Below are positions 16,972-25,957 of a stretch of 37,689 nucleotides of DNA, in pieces. A program made the translations under genes and the position numbers. The stretch covers positions 1 to 37,689 of the forward strand of contig JAZGHU010000012.1 in the NCBI GenBank assembly GCA_036481345.1, read 5' to 3'. The stretch is from Candidatus Woesearchaeota archaeon (GTDB lineage: Archaea; Nanobdellota; Nanobdellia; Woesearchaeales; WJKL01). The notes below the pieces were generated by a model that was not told the DNA's origin, searched no databases, and worked only from the letters and a program-made list of their open reading frames with translations. The first letter of the stretch is position 1. Each line of letters begins with the position of its first letter.

Positions 16972-17852
16972 AACCCTCTGAACTTTTTAAATCTGTGAAA
17001 GATTATCTGAAAGAAGTTTATTTTTCTAAATCAAAAGAAATTCCAGATGGGATTCAAGCTGATTTACATGTTCATCCTTATATTACTGATAAAGAATCTT
17101 TAGAACATACTTTACAAGTTATGGATGAGAATGGATTAGATTTAATTGCTTTAACAACACATGGAAAAGGAGGAAGATATGAACATGATTTTTGGAGAGT
17201 TAAGGAATTAGCTAAAGCAGAGTGTGATGTTGAAGATAAAGGGAGATTATTTACTGTAAATTATAATGGCAAGGAACTTAATTTTATTCCTGGATATGAG
17301 ATGTATGTTACTTTAGAAGGAGTTAAAGGAAGGATTGATATGGTTAGTCTGATGTCTGAAGAAGGGTTTGTATCAGAAGTTGAAGTTGGAATGAATTTTA
17401 AAGATTATCAGAAAATTAGTGATAAGTATGATGCAGTTTTGACTGCAGCACATCCTTATACAATATGGGATCCTTGGCCATTGCCTTTTAGATTAGCAAA
17501 AGAAGAAGAAAGAAATGTTATCAAGGAAAAAATATTTTCAGAAGTTGATTCTGTTGATTTAGTTGCAACAAATGCTTTATGGATGCATATTAGTGATAGT
17601 TTAGTAGAAGAAGATTATGAAAAACCACTAACAAATTCTGATGTTCATGGAAAAAACAGATATGCAAGACAGAAAATGGGATGCAGCAGAAATATCTTTA
17701 GAGAATTAGACTTTAATAGTGATAAAAATTTAAGAAAAACACTAATTACAAGTTTAAATTCAGGAGATTTTGAAAATTATCATAATCATTTAAGTCCTAT
17801 GCAATTCTTTGTACAATTATGTATGGGAAAAAAGCCAATAGGTTTTCCTTAG
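16968..17852 (+). CDS. PHP-domain metallo-phosphoesterase
   Basis: DLHVH, ALTTH, GYE, AAHP, NSDVH. Confidence 0.8.
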   Translation: MKPSELFKSVKDYLKEVYFSKSKEIPDGIQADLHVHPYITDKESLEHTLQVMDENGLDLIALTTHGKGGRYEHDFWRVKELAKAECDVEDKGRLFTVNYNGKELNFIPGYEMYVTLEGVKGRIDMVSLMSEEGFVSEVEVGMNFKDYQKISDKYDAVLTAAHPYTIWDPWPLPFRLAKEEERNVIKEKIFSEVDSVDLVATNALWMHISDSLVEEDYEKPLTNSDVHGKNRYARQKMGCSRNIFRELDFNSDKNLRKTLITSLNSGDFENYHNHLSPMQFFVQLCMGKKPIGFP

Positions 17853-19603
17853 AGTTCTTCAATCAGTTCTACAAACATTGCATTAGACCAAGCTTGAGCA
17901 AAACAACCTTGTGATTCTAATCTTGATGCTGAAGATATTTCTGCATGGTGGCCGAGTGCTCCTGATGTTAGGATTTCTTTTACAGATGCTTGAGTAATTT
18001 TGTCAATATAGGATCTGAATTTTAATTTGTTTGTTCTTTTTAATACTAATGCTGCTAAATTATTGATCCAGAACCAAGAATCTCCACGGTGATAGCTTTG
18101 GTTGGATTCTCCTGTATAATCATTGCAGAACAAAGGATTGGACTTGTCTATTGTTGATAATCCTCCATATTTGAGCCAAAGTTTTGGAAGTATATTCTTA
18201 AAGCATAATGTCCATTCTGATTTAGACAGCAGTTCTGGATATATGTATGCTGCAATAAATATATTTGGACGGATTGTGAAGTCTTTTAGTCCGTCTGCAA
18301 GAATCTTTCCATTCCAGAATCTTTCTTTTACTAAAATTCTTAATCCTCTTTCTTGATCAATATATTTTTCATCTTTTGTAAGCTGATAAGCAAGCTTTAG
18401 CATGTTTAGGAATAAAGCTTGGATCTCAATCCTAAATCCTGCTCTTGTATCTTTATCCCATACTGTGTCCATCCATGTTGATTTTGATTCATTGTAGACT
18501 AAACTGTCTGCCATATAATTTTCATTTATGAATTTTATTGCTGCTGTTAATTTCTTCTTTATGACTTCTTTGTCTTTAGAAGAGAATAGTTCTAAACAGT
18601 CAGAAATTCTTTTGAATAACCATCCGATTGAATCTGCATTTGTAGATTCTGCTTTAGGCATATTAATGTTCAATAATCTTCCATTTTTTATTAGGTTGAG
18701 ATTTTTCAATAGAATTTCTTTAACTTCTCTATGTTGATGATTAAGCATCAAAGCTTTTAATGAAATAATCTCATCTCTGCTCCAGAATTGGAAGAACCAG
18801 GGCAATCCAGCAAACAGGCCCCTATTATTCTTTAAGTTTACAAGAAGTTTGTTTAAAGAATTAATACAGCATTTTTTTGCAATCCTTATTTCAGGATTTC
18901 TAGTTAATTTAGTATTGATTTTTGTGACATAGATTTTTTGATGTTCTTTTAATCTAGTCAGATTCTTATAAACATCATCAACTTCTTCTATTGCTCGCTT
19001 TCTTGATCTTGAGAAAGAAAATATAACTGTTTTAGCTTTTAGTTTTAATGCTCTAAATACATGTTTTTCAGATAAAGTGCCTCGAGCTTTGTCAGATCCA
19101 TAATCTCTTTTAACCCATTCTTCTATTTTTTCGTAATCTAAATTATCTGCTTTTATTGCTAAGAATAATTTAGTTGATCCATGTTTATAATCTATCATAA
19201 TCTTAGAATTTGATCTGGAGATCTTATATTCCCTTCCAAATTCAGGATTTGAGTAAGAAGATCTCATGTCAAGTATGAGTTCTATCTCTGCTGGCTGGTT
19301 TAATTCATAGACTAAAGCGTCATAACCATAAGGCATGAAAAAGGATTCTTGGATATTTTTTCTTTTTCTTTTTATTGAAGAGAATTCATTAACAATCTCT
19401 TGTACAGGAGAAGCATTAACTAAAGAGATATTTTCAATTATCTTATACATATCCTTGTCAAATAAAAATATCCCTTGATATCTTGAATGTGGATGAGAAG
19501 CAAGCATACAATAGCCTCCAAGCTTATTAGTCAGCAAAAAATTTGGATCTTGCTTTGTATTTTTAGCTACAATTGTCTTGTTTAACTTATGAATTATTTT
19601 CAT
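17849..19603 (-). CDS. Amylo-alpha-1,6-glucosidase / glycogen debranching enzyme (GH133-like)
   Basis: LLTNKLGGY, AGLPWFFQFWSRD, TWMD, IEIQAL, IRPN, YHRGDSW, QAWS. Confidence 0.9.
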   Translation of the reverse strand: MKIIHKLNKTIVAKNTKQDPNFLLTNKLGGYCMLASHPHSRYQGIFLFDKDMYKIIENISLVNASPVQEIVNEFSSIKRKRKNIQESFFMPYGYDALVYELNQPAEIELILDMRSSYSNPEFGREYKISRSNSKIMIDYKHGSTKLFLAIKADNLDYEKIEEWVKRDYGSDKARGTLSEKHVFRALKLKAKTVIFSFSRSRKRAIEEVDDVYKNLTRLKEHQKIYVTKINTKLTRNPEIRIAKKCCINSLNKLLVNLKNNRGLFAGLPWFFQFWSRDEIISLKALMLNHQHREVKEILLKNLNLIKNGRLLNINMPKAESTNADSIGWLFKRISDCLELFSSKDKEVIKKKLTAAIKFINENYMADSLVYNESKSTWMDTVWDKDTRAGFRIEIQALFLNMLKLAYQLTKDEKYIDQERGLRILVKERFWNGKILADGLKDFTIRPNIFIAAYIYPELLSKSEWTLCFKNILPKLWLKYGGLSTIDKSNPLFCNDYTGESNQSYHRGDSWFWINNLAALVLKRTNKLKFRSYIDKITQASVKEILTSGALGHHAEISSASRLESQGCFAQAWSNAMFVELIEEL

Positions 19604-19615
19604 CTTACAGTTTCT

Positions 19616-20563
19616 TTATTGTTTTTCTCCTCTGTAATATTCTGCAGCTGCTTCTGGAGATACAGAATTTATAATATCATCTGTTAAAAGTTCAAATCCA
19701 GCCCATGTTGCCAATCTTGGAGTTACTTCTATATGGAAATGCAGATCTTCACTGTCTGGAGAATAGAATAATTCCATATTGTAAGGAGAATTCAATTTTT
19801 TTAATTTAGTAAGTATTAATTTCATTATTTCAGCTAAATCTTTTAGCCTGTCTTCACTTAAGTCTGTGATATTCTTTAGATGCTCTTTTGGAAATATCCA
19901 AATTTCGAAATGGAATCTTGATGCATAAGGGGTGAATGCTACAAATGAAGAATTTTCATAACATCTTCTGTCAGAATCTTTTTCTATCTCAAGAATCTCA
20001 CAGTAAGGACATTGATCATATTTATTTACTGCATTAATCTTGTCTTTTACTAGATTTGGCCATTTATTGTATGCAATAATCTGAGAATGTGAATGGACTA
20101 AAGAAGTTCCTCCTTCTTTTCCATGATTTTTGAATACACAAACATAAGAGACGTTTTCTTTTTGAGACAAATCTCTGATTCTGTTAGCATATGTTTCTAA
20201 AACCATCTTGATCTGAGTTTTGGTTAGATCCCATAATTGTTTTTTGTGGTCATTAGTCTCTACAAGAACTTCATGATAACCATAAGCTGAGGCAAATGTG
20301 AAATAATTATTGTGGGTTTCAATCTGTGGATTGCCTTCTAGATCTACTGCTGCAAATTTATTAGGAAACCATCTTAATTTCCATTGTTTTTTTGTTCCTA
20401 TCCTTCCAATTTCAGAGGGAGTAAGATTTTCATTTCCAGGACAGAAGAAACAAATGCCTTCTTTTACCTTTTCTTGGACTTTTTTAAACTCCTTCGGTCG
20501 TTTGCTTCTTGCTGAAGATACAATTACATATCTATCTAAGATGTAATCTTTTCTAAGCTCCAT
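19616..20563 (-). CDS. galT: GalT-family nucleotidyltransferase (HIT superfamily), possibly NDP-glucose phosphorylase
   Basis: ELRKD, RSKRP, CFFCPGNE, FPNKF, FKNHG..GGTSLVHSHSQ, CPYC, AGFEL. Confidence 0.88.
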   Translation of the reverse strand: MELRKDYILDRYVIVSSARSKRPKEFKKVQEKVKEGICFFCPGNENLTPSEIGRIGTKKQWKLRWFPNKFAAVDLEGNPQIETHNNYFTFASAYGYHEVLVETNDHKKQLWDLTKTQIKMVLETYANRIRDLSQKENVSYVCVFKNHGKEGGTSLVHSHSQIIAYNKWPNLVKDKINAVNKYDQCPYCEILEIEKDSDRRCYENSSFVAFTPYASRFHFEIWIFPKEHLKNITDLSEDRLKDLAEIMKLILTKLKKLNSPYNMELFYSPDSEDLHFHIEVTPRLATWAGFELLTDDIINSVSPEAAAEYYRGEKQ

Positions 20564-22377
20564 TATTTTTCACCGTACTTTTTATCTATTGCCTTGTTAT
20601 GTGCTAAGATGTAATTAATGACAAGACGTTTCCAGTCTGCTTTTTCTGCAAGCTTCTTTGCTTCTATCTTGTTTTTAACACGGCCTTGTCTTGTAAAGCG
20701 TGTAAACTTATGCATGAAATTAGTCAATTCATTGATTATTCCATCATCTTTTTTATCCATTCTTTTTAAGACAAAGATTCCAGGATGTCTTTTTTGTTTT
20801 TTCTTCATTATATATTTTCCAAAGCCAGCAAGATCAGTTGTTACTGATGATACACCGAGAGCAGCTGCTTCTAAAGGAGTATAACCCCATGGTTCGTAGA
20901 ATGAAGGGAATACACCTAGGTGGCCTGCTTGCATTGATTCATAATATGTTAGATCCAACAGTCCATCTGCTCCAGTCAAATAGATTGGATAGAATATTAC
21001 TTTTACTTTGTCATCTTCTTTATTATCTAATCCTGTTTTTAACATCAAATCAACTATTTGATCTCCATATTGCTGAAGATCATGGGTTATCAATGGAGGG
21101 GTTCCTTTTTTCTTGAACTTCATCAATTTTCTTTTTGTGTCTTCTAAGAAAGATTCTGGGAAAATGTTTTCTTGAGTTAATTTTTCTTTTGAAGCAATTG
21201 TGTAGAGGATATTTCTTTTTATTTGATTGATATCTTCATCTAATCCATCTCTCATGTCATTGAATAATGTTTTGTTGTCTAGGATATCTAGTTTAATGCC
21301 TCTAATTGCTGTTGGAACCCAAATAAAAGCTATGACTGTTTTTGGACTTTTCATCTCTTTCATCTTTTCATTTAGTTTAGCAAGAGATTTAATGAAAATA
21401 TCAATACCTTTGTTTTTTAATTCATATCTTCCTGCTAGGAAAAAGAAAAGAGTATTCTTTATATTAAATTGATAATATGGGAAGAAGTAATACATTATAA
21501 ACTGTCTTACTTGATCCCTGTGGACGCGATGTTCTATTGATGCTTCTTCAAATGTTGGGAATCTATCATTATCTAATCCATTTGGAAGGATTTTGTGGGG
21601 CTTGATACCTAGAACATATGATGCTTCTAGTCCTGTGATATCACTTACTGTTGTGAAGACATCAGCATTGTTGGCAGAGGCTTTTTCTATCATATGCTTG
21701 CCTTCTGTGTGATAATTATAAGCTTCCTTATCAATATCCATCAGTTGAAGATTGCATTTATTTTCTCCCTTTGGCTTGCAAAATAGATCAATGTTTGCAC
21801 TAGCTAATGCACGGCCCATAACAGTTGCATGGGTTGTGAATACTGTTGCAACATTTGCATTGTTCTTTTTTAGATATAATAGGCCAGGGCCTGCTAACCA
21901 TTCATGGAATTGAGCAACTACTTTTTTATTATAGACTTGAGATAATTTTTCTATTACCATGCCTGCTGCATAGCTCCATACAATCGGTTCATTATATTCA
22001 ACACTATTTGAATTCATAGAATCGACTTTGAAAGTATTCCATAATTCTTTTTTTATCTCATCTGTCTTAAATCTGAAATTTGCAAAGTCAATCAAGATTA
22101 CCTTAGGGGTTCCTTTGATAAGCCATTTTCCAAAGTGGAGCACTATGCCCTGTGCTTCAAGATCCTTGCACACATCTTTGCATTCTTTTGGAGCTGGTTC
22201 TTCTTCAAAGCTGCCAATTGTTTTTTCTGCAAAATAAGGCCCAATACAATTGTATTTCTCCCTATAAAATCTCTTCATCTGGCTTACTTTTGAAGATATA
22301 ACTGTCCATATCCCTCCTACTTTGTTGCAAACTTCCCATGATACCTCAAATACAATTTCAGATTTTGCTTTTGCCAT
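20563..22377 (-). CDS. Glycogen synthase, GT3 (eukaryote/Bacteroidota type)
   Basis: FEVSWEVCNKVGGI, FHEW, FTTHAT, GRYE.KNKG, GVFPSFYEPWGYTP, TTDLAGFG. Confidence 0.94.
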   Translation of the reverse strand: MAKAKSEIVFEVSWEVCNKVGGIWTVISSKVSQMKRFYREKYNCIGPYFAEKTIGSFEEEPAPKECKDVCKDLEAQGIVLHFGKWLIKGTPKVILIDFANFRFKTDEIKKELWNTFKVDSMNSNSVEYNEPIVWSYAAGMVIEKLSQVYNKKVVAQFHEWLAGPGLLYLKKNNANVATVFTTHATVMGRALASANIDLFCKPKGENKCNLQLMDIDKEAYNYHTEGKHMIEKASANNADVFTTVSDITGLEASYVLGIKPHKILPNGLDNDRFPTFEEASIEHRVHRDQVRQFIMYYFFPYYQFNIKNTLFFFLAGRYELKNKGIDIFIKSLAKLNEKMKEMKSPKTVIAFIWVPTAIRGIKLDILDNKTLFNDMRDGLDEDINQIKRNILYTIASKEKLTQENIFPESFLEDTKRKLMKFKKKGTPPLITHDLQQYGDQIVDLMLKTGLDNKEDDKVKVIFYPIYLTGADGLLDLTYYESMQAGHLGVFPSFYEPWGYTPLEAAALGVSSVTTDLAGFGKYIMKKKQKRHPGIFVLKRMDKKDDGIINELTNFMHKFTRFTRQGRVKNKIEAKKLAEKADWKRLVINYILAHNKAIDKKYGEK

Positions 22378-22394
22378 TTTATATTACCCCTTTT

Positions 22395-22961
22395 TTAAAA
22401 TATAGCTGTAAGCACTAAGGCTATCAGCACCCCTAATATTACTCCAAAGATGAATTCTAACAGGCCGCATTTGAGTGTCTTATATGGGCAGTTTATGCCA
22501 TACTTTATCTCTTCTGGGCTCATCTGACTTAGCCTCTTTTTTGTTTTTGATCCTTCTTCCTTAAAGAACATATTGTGTAACCTGTTCTTTGCTGCATGTG
22601 CTTTATTCTTCACTGTCTGCACCTGCTTTCTAGCTATCTTTGGCCTGGCTGCTGGTTTTTTAGCAGTGGTTTTTATCTTTGTTGCTGTTTTTTTATCCAT
22701 GCCTTTCATAGTGTCCTTTTCTATTTTTTTTGCTATTTCTTTCTGGATTTGTTTTCGACTGTTTGCAGATAAGACTTTTGTAGCTAAGTCTTGATCTTTA
22801 ACAACCTCCTTTATCCAGCTATAGAAATCGTTCCTGCTTTCATTTACATGATGCTCGAATGTGTCTTCGGGCATCTTATCCAATGCTTTAGACAGCTCGA
22901 AAAGATTTTTGACTATAGTGCCGTCTTTAAGCAGGAAATAATTTTCCTCTTTTATTCCCAT
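22395..22961 (-). CDS. DUF5752-like domain, Lys-rich linker and C-terminal transmembrane anchor
   Basis: F.LKDG..VKNL.EL...L..M....F.HHV....NDFYSWI; C-terminal LLEFIFGVILGVLIALVLTAIF; GAGGTGA upstream of ATG 22961. Confidence 0.78.
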   Translation of the reverse strand: MGIKEENYFLLKDGTIVKNLFELSKALDKMPEDTFEHHVNESRNDFYSWIKEVVKDQDLATKVLSANSRKQIQKEIAKKIEKDTMKGMDKKTATKIKTTAKKPAARPKIARKQVQTVKNKAHAAKNRLHNMFFKEEGSKTKKRLSQMSPEEIKYGINCPYKTLKCGLLEFIFGVILGVLIALVLTAIF

Positions 22962-22966
22962 GATTT

Positions 22967-23236
22967 TCACCTCTTTTTTCCTACTAAATGTTTTAATAAT
23001 GTAATTTGCATTTCTTTTCTATCTTGGATCTCAGAGAGTCTTGCTGCTAATCTATACTCCTTGAAAACATCTCTAATCCAATTGCTGAAGTCATTATTAT
23101 CTTCACTAATGTGATAATCCAGCTCTTCATCACTTAGATATTCCAATGCAAAAGCTAGTTCACGTACATCCTTTATTAAACCTCCTGTGCATAATGAAAA
23201 ATATTTTTTAGGATCAAGTCCTTTTTTTCTTGGCAT
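22967..23236 (-). CDS. Small soluble DUF5752-like protein
   Basis: F.LCTG..IKD.REL...L.......YH.....NDFSNWIRDVF; paralogous to the next gene. Confidence 0.8.
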   Translation of the reverse strand: MPRKKGLDPKKYFSLCTGGLIKDVRELAFALEYLSDEELDYHISEDNNDFSNWIRDVFKEYRLAARLSEIQDRKEMQITLLKHLVGKKR

Positions 23237-24425
23237 TTGGGTTCACCTCTTTTTGAATCCTTTTGTCAAAATCAGCAAGTATGTTCATGTAAATAATGAA
23301 TGCATCATATGGGCTGTCATATGGATTGAAATATTTATGGACATCTCCATCATTAAACCATTTTGTACACATGTAATAGAAATGGTCAGATGTCTGAAGT
23401 TTTCTCCAGTCGTCAATCAATTTTGGATTTTTGGATCTTTTTACAGCTCTTTCTACTGAATATATCTTTTGTATTGCTGACTGCTGCATCTTATTTCCAA
23501 GCCACGCTGATAAGTCACGTTCTGTGTCTGCCCATGAGACTATGTGGTGGACATCCAGCTCTTCAACTGGCTTGAACTCTTTTATCACTTCGCTTGGTGT
23601 TGCAAACTTGTTATCGGGATGTTTTAAGATTTCCTTTGGAAGATGTTTTAGGAAATTGAAGATTCCTGTTGTAGACCACTGGTGCTCTCCAAAGGTCTCA
23701 TAATCCATGAAAAGATTTACTGTGTTGCCATTTCCATTTACTGCATTGACCCATTGTGTGAACTTTCCAGTTGTCAGGGGCCATTCAGGCCATCCCTGAT
23801 TTGAGAACCTGAATGCAATGTCATCTGATAATTTGTAGTTTTTCAATAAAAGTTTTATTTTCTTTGTTCCTTTTGGCTTGTAGACAAAGTTAGGAGATCT
23901 CCAGCTAAGAATATGGTCTGCTCCTTCTGCTAGTATTCCTTTGTATCCCATTTTTTCTACATAGCTTGCAAGTTCATTGTTATATGTCAATTCTGTATTT
24001 CTGAAAACTTTTGGAGTGTAGCTAAATAGTTGCTTTATCTTCTTTTTATGAAGCATCACTTGCTGCTTGAATTCAGCTTTTGAATAAAGGAAAGCTAAAC
24101 TGTGATGATATGTTTCATCTAAGATCTCAACATTACCAGTATCAACTAATTTTTGGAAGGATTCTAATACATCTGGAGCATTTTTTTCAATCTGTTCAAG
24201 GAAGATTCCTGATAAAGAGTAGCTTATCTTGAAGTTTGGATGTTTTTTGATCAGCTGCAGCATCAGATTGTTTGTTGGAAGATAACATTTATTTGAAACT
24301 TTCTCTAATATTTCTTGATTCTTTTTATGATCAAAATAATCATGATCATTTCCTATTTCAAATACATTATAAGGCCTTAATCTTGCCGGCTGATGAACCT
24401 GAAAATAAAAGCAGATATTAACCAT
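23214..24425 (-). CDS. GH57 alpha-amylase-type glycoside hydrolase
   Basis: FQVHQP, ETYHH, FRNTEL (nucleophile), MDYETFGEH (acid/base), SWAD, QTSDHFYY. Confidence 0.93.
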   Translation of the reverse strand: MVNICFYFQVHQPARLRPYNVFEIGNDHDYFDHKKNQEILEKVSNKCYLPTNNLMLQLIKKHPNFKISYSLSGIFLEQIEKNAPDVLESFQKLVDTGNVEILDETYHHSLAFLYSKAEFKQQVMLHKKKIKQLFSYTPKVFRNTELTYNNELASYVEKMGYKGILAEGADHILSWRSPNFVYKPKGTKKIKLLLKNYKLSDDIAFRFSNQGWPEWPLTTGKFTQWVNAVNGNGNTVNLFMDYETFGEHQWSTTGIFNFLKHLPKEILKHPDNKFATPSEVIKEFKPVEELDVHHIVSWADTERDLSAWLGNKMQQSAIQKIYSVERAVKRSKNPKLIDDWRKLQTSDHFYYMCTKWFNDGDVHKYFNPYDSPYDAFIIYMNILADFDKRIQKEVNPNAKKKRT

Positions 24426-25653
24426 TGTTTTTATCACCCATCATTTTTCGATATACATCCATGCATTCTTTTGCTGGATTGTTCCAATCAAATTTTTTGA
24501 CTTCTAAAGAGCCGTGATGCTTTAGCGTGTCGCTCAATTCTTTATATTTCAATACACCAAGCATCTTATTTACAATCTGATCAATATCCCAGAAGTCAAC
24601 TTTTAGACAATGACTTACTACTTCTGAAACACCAGATTGTTTTGATATCAACACAGGAGTGTTGTTTCTCATTGCTTCTAAAGGGGTAATACCAAATGGC
24701 TCTGATACAGAGGGCATAACATAAAGATCTGCCATTTGGTATGCTTTGTCAATTTCTTGACCCCTTAGAAACCCCGTGAATAGGACTTTGTCAGCTATTC
24801 CGAATTCTGCTGCTTTTTCTATCATGAACTGCTCCATGTCTCCGGAGCCAGCCACTATGAATTTTATGTTTGGATCAAATTCCAATGCTTTTTTAGCAGC
24901 ATATAGGAAATAATCTGGGCCTTTCTGGATTGTGATTCTTCCTAGGAATAGAACTATCTTATCTGTCTCTTTTATCTTGAAAGTTTCTTCTTCAAACTTA
25001 TGATCATTGAATTCAACAGCATTATGGACAACATGAATTTTTTCTTCTGGAATTTCATAATGCTTTACAATCTTATCTTTTGTCCATTTGCTTACCGCGA
25101 TAATTTCATCTGCTTCTTTCATCCCTTGTTTTTCAATATCATATACATATTGATTAGGATTGCCGCCTGTCCTGTCAAATTCTGTTGCATGAACATGGAT
25201 TACAAGAGGTTTACCTGATTTTTTCTTAGCATGGATCCCTGCTTGATAAGTCATCCAGTCATGAGCATGGATTACGTCAAATGATTCTCCTTCAGCTATG
25301 ATTCCTGCTTTGACTGCGTATCTTTTTACTTCTTCAAACAAGCCTGTGCCGTATAATGGTATGTTTTTTTTCTTTCCATATTTCAAGACAGCTTGGCTGT
25401 ATTCTTTGCTGTATTCTTCTGAAGTCATATAGCCCCTTATCATAGAATTTATCCCTATCTTTTTCATGCCTTTTCTGACGTCAGCTGAAACAAGCTTTAC
25501 AAATTCTGCTTTCATCTCTGGATTTGATACTGGGAGGACAAATGTTACACCGGCTCCCTGGTTTTTCAGGCCTTTTGTAAGGCCGTAGCAGGCAGTTCCT
25601 AATCCTCCTGAGTTATAAGGAGGGAATTCCCAACCAAACATCAGGACTTTCAT
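24418..25653 (-). CDS. GT4 glycosyltransferase (glycogen-locus associated)
   Basis: GWEFPP..SGGLG, HAHDW, HVHATE, GRITIQKG, PSVSEPFGITPLEA. Confidence 0.93.
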   Translation of the reverse strand: MKVLMFGWEFPPYNSGGLGTACYGLTKGLKNQGAGVTFVLPVSNPEMKAEFVKLVSADVRKGMKKIGINSMIRGYMTSEEYSKEYSQAVLKYGKKKNIPLYGTGLFEEVKRYAVKAGIIAEGESFDVIHAHDWMTYQAGIHAKKKSGKPLVIHVHATEFDRTGGNPNQYVYDIEKQGMKEADEIIAVSKWTKDKIVKHYEIPEEKIHVVHNAVEFNDHKFEEETFKIKETDKIVLFLGRITIQKGPDYFLYAAKKALEFDPNIKFIVAGSGDMEQFMIEKAAEFGIADKVLFTGFLRGQEIDKAYQMADLYVMPSVSEPFGITPLEAMRNNTPVLISKQSGVSEVVSHCLKVDFWDIDQIVNKMLGVLKYKELSDTLKHHGSLEVKKFDWNNPAKECMDVYRKMMGDKNNG

Positions 25654-25823
25654 TTTTTACCCCTCCATTTTTTGGAGTTGATTATCTTATTAAGATTAGT
25701 TTCTAAGAATTCTTCTAGAATTTCTTTTAATTGATCATTAACTTTTATGTTTTTTAGTTTACAGAAAGCGATGAATCTACGCCATGTATCTTCATCCATA
25801 TCTTTAATCAGCTTATTACTCAT
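25650..25823 (-). CDS. 57-aa ribbon-helix-helix-like protein heading the glycogen operon (not in ORF track)
   Basis: MSNKLIKDMDEDTWRRFIAFCKLKNIKVNDQLKEILEEFLETNLNKIINSKKWRGKK*; ATGA overlap with the GT4 start. Confidence 0.82.
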   Translation of the reverse strand: MSNKLIKDMDEDTWRRFIAFCKLKNIKVNDQLKEILEEFLETNLNKIINSKKWRGKK

Positions 25824-25825
25824 AA

Positions 25826-25870
25826 GTTAAACCTGTTAATCAAGATAATACGGTTAATAAGGTTAAACCT
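25826..25870. promoter_or_regulatory. Five phased 9-bp direct repeats (putative RHH operator)
   Basis: gttaaacct|gttaatcaa|gataatacg|gttaataag|gttaaacct, lying between the minus-strand TATA (tttttata, about 25873-25880) and ATG 25823. Confidence 0.7.
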
Positions 25871-25908
25871 AGTATAAAAAGTTTATGTTTTTCTTTCAGA
25901 AAAACAAC

Positions 25909-25934
25909 GTTAAGAAAGCTTCGCGTTTCTTAAC
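25909..25934. repeat. Intergenic GCGAAGC-capped hairpin
   Basis: gttaagaaa-gcTTCgc-g-tttcttaac. Confidence 0.7.
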
Positions 25935-25957
25935 TTATGGTTTTTTTAGAAGTAAGA

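Noticed and set aside
23214-24425. GH57 as the glycogen branching enzyme
   Set aside because: The motifs (QVHQP, FRNTE, DYETFGEH) and roughly 400-aa length fit the alpha-amylase type, not the HxHLP/WLPE branching-enzyme type.
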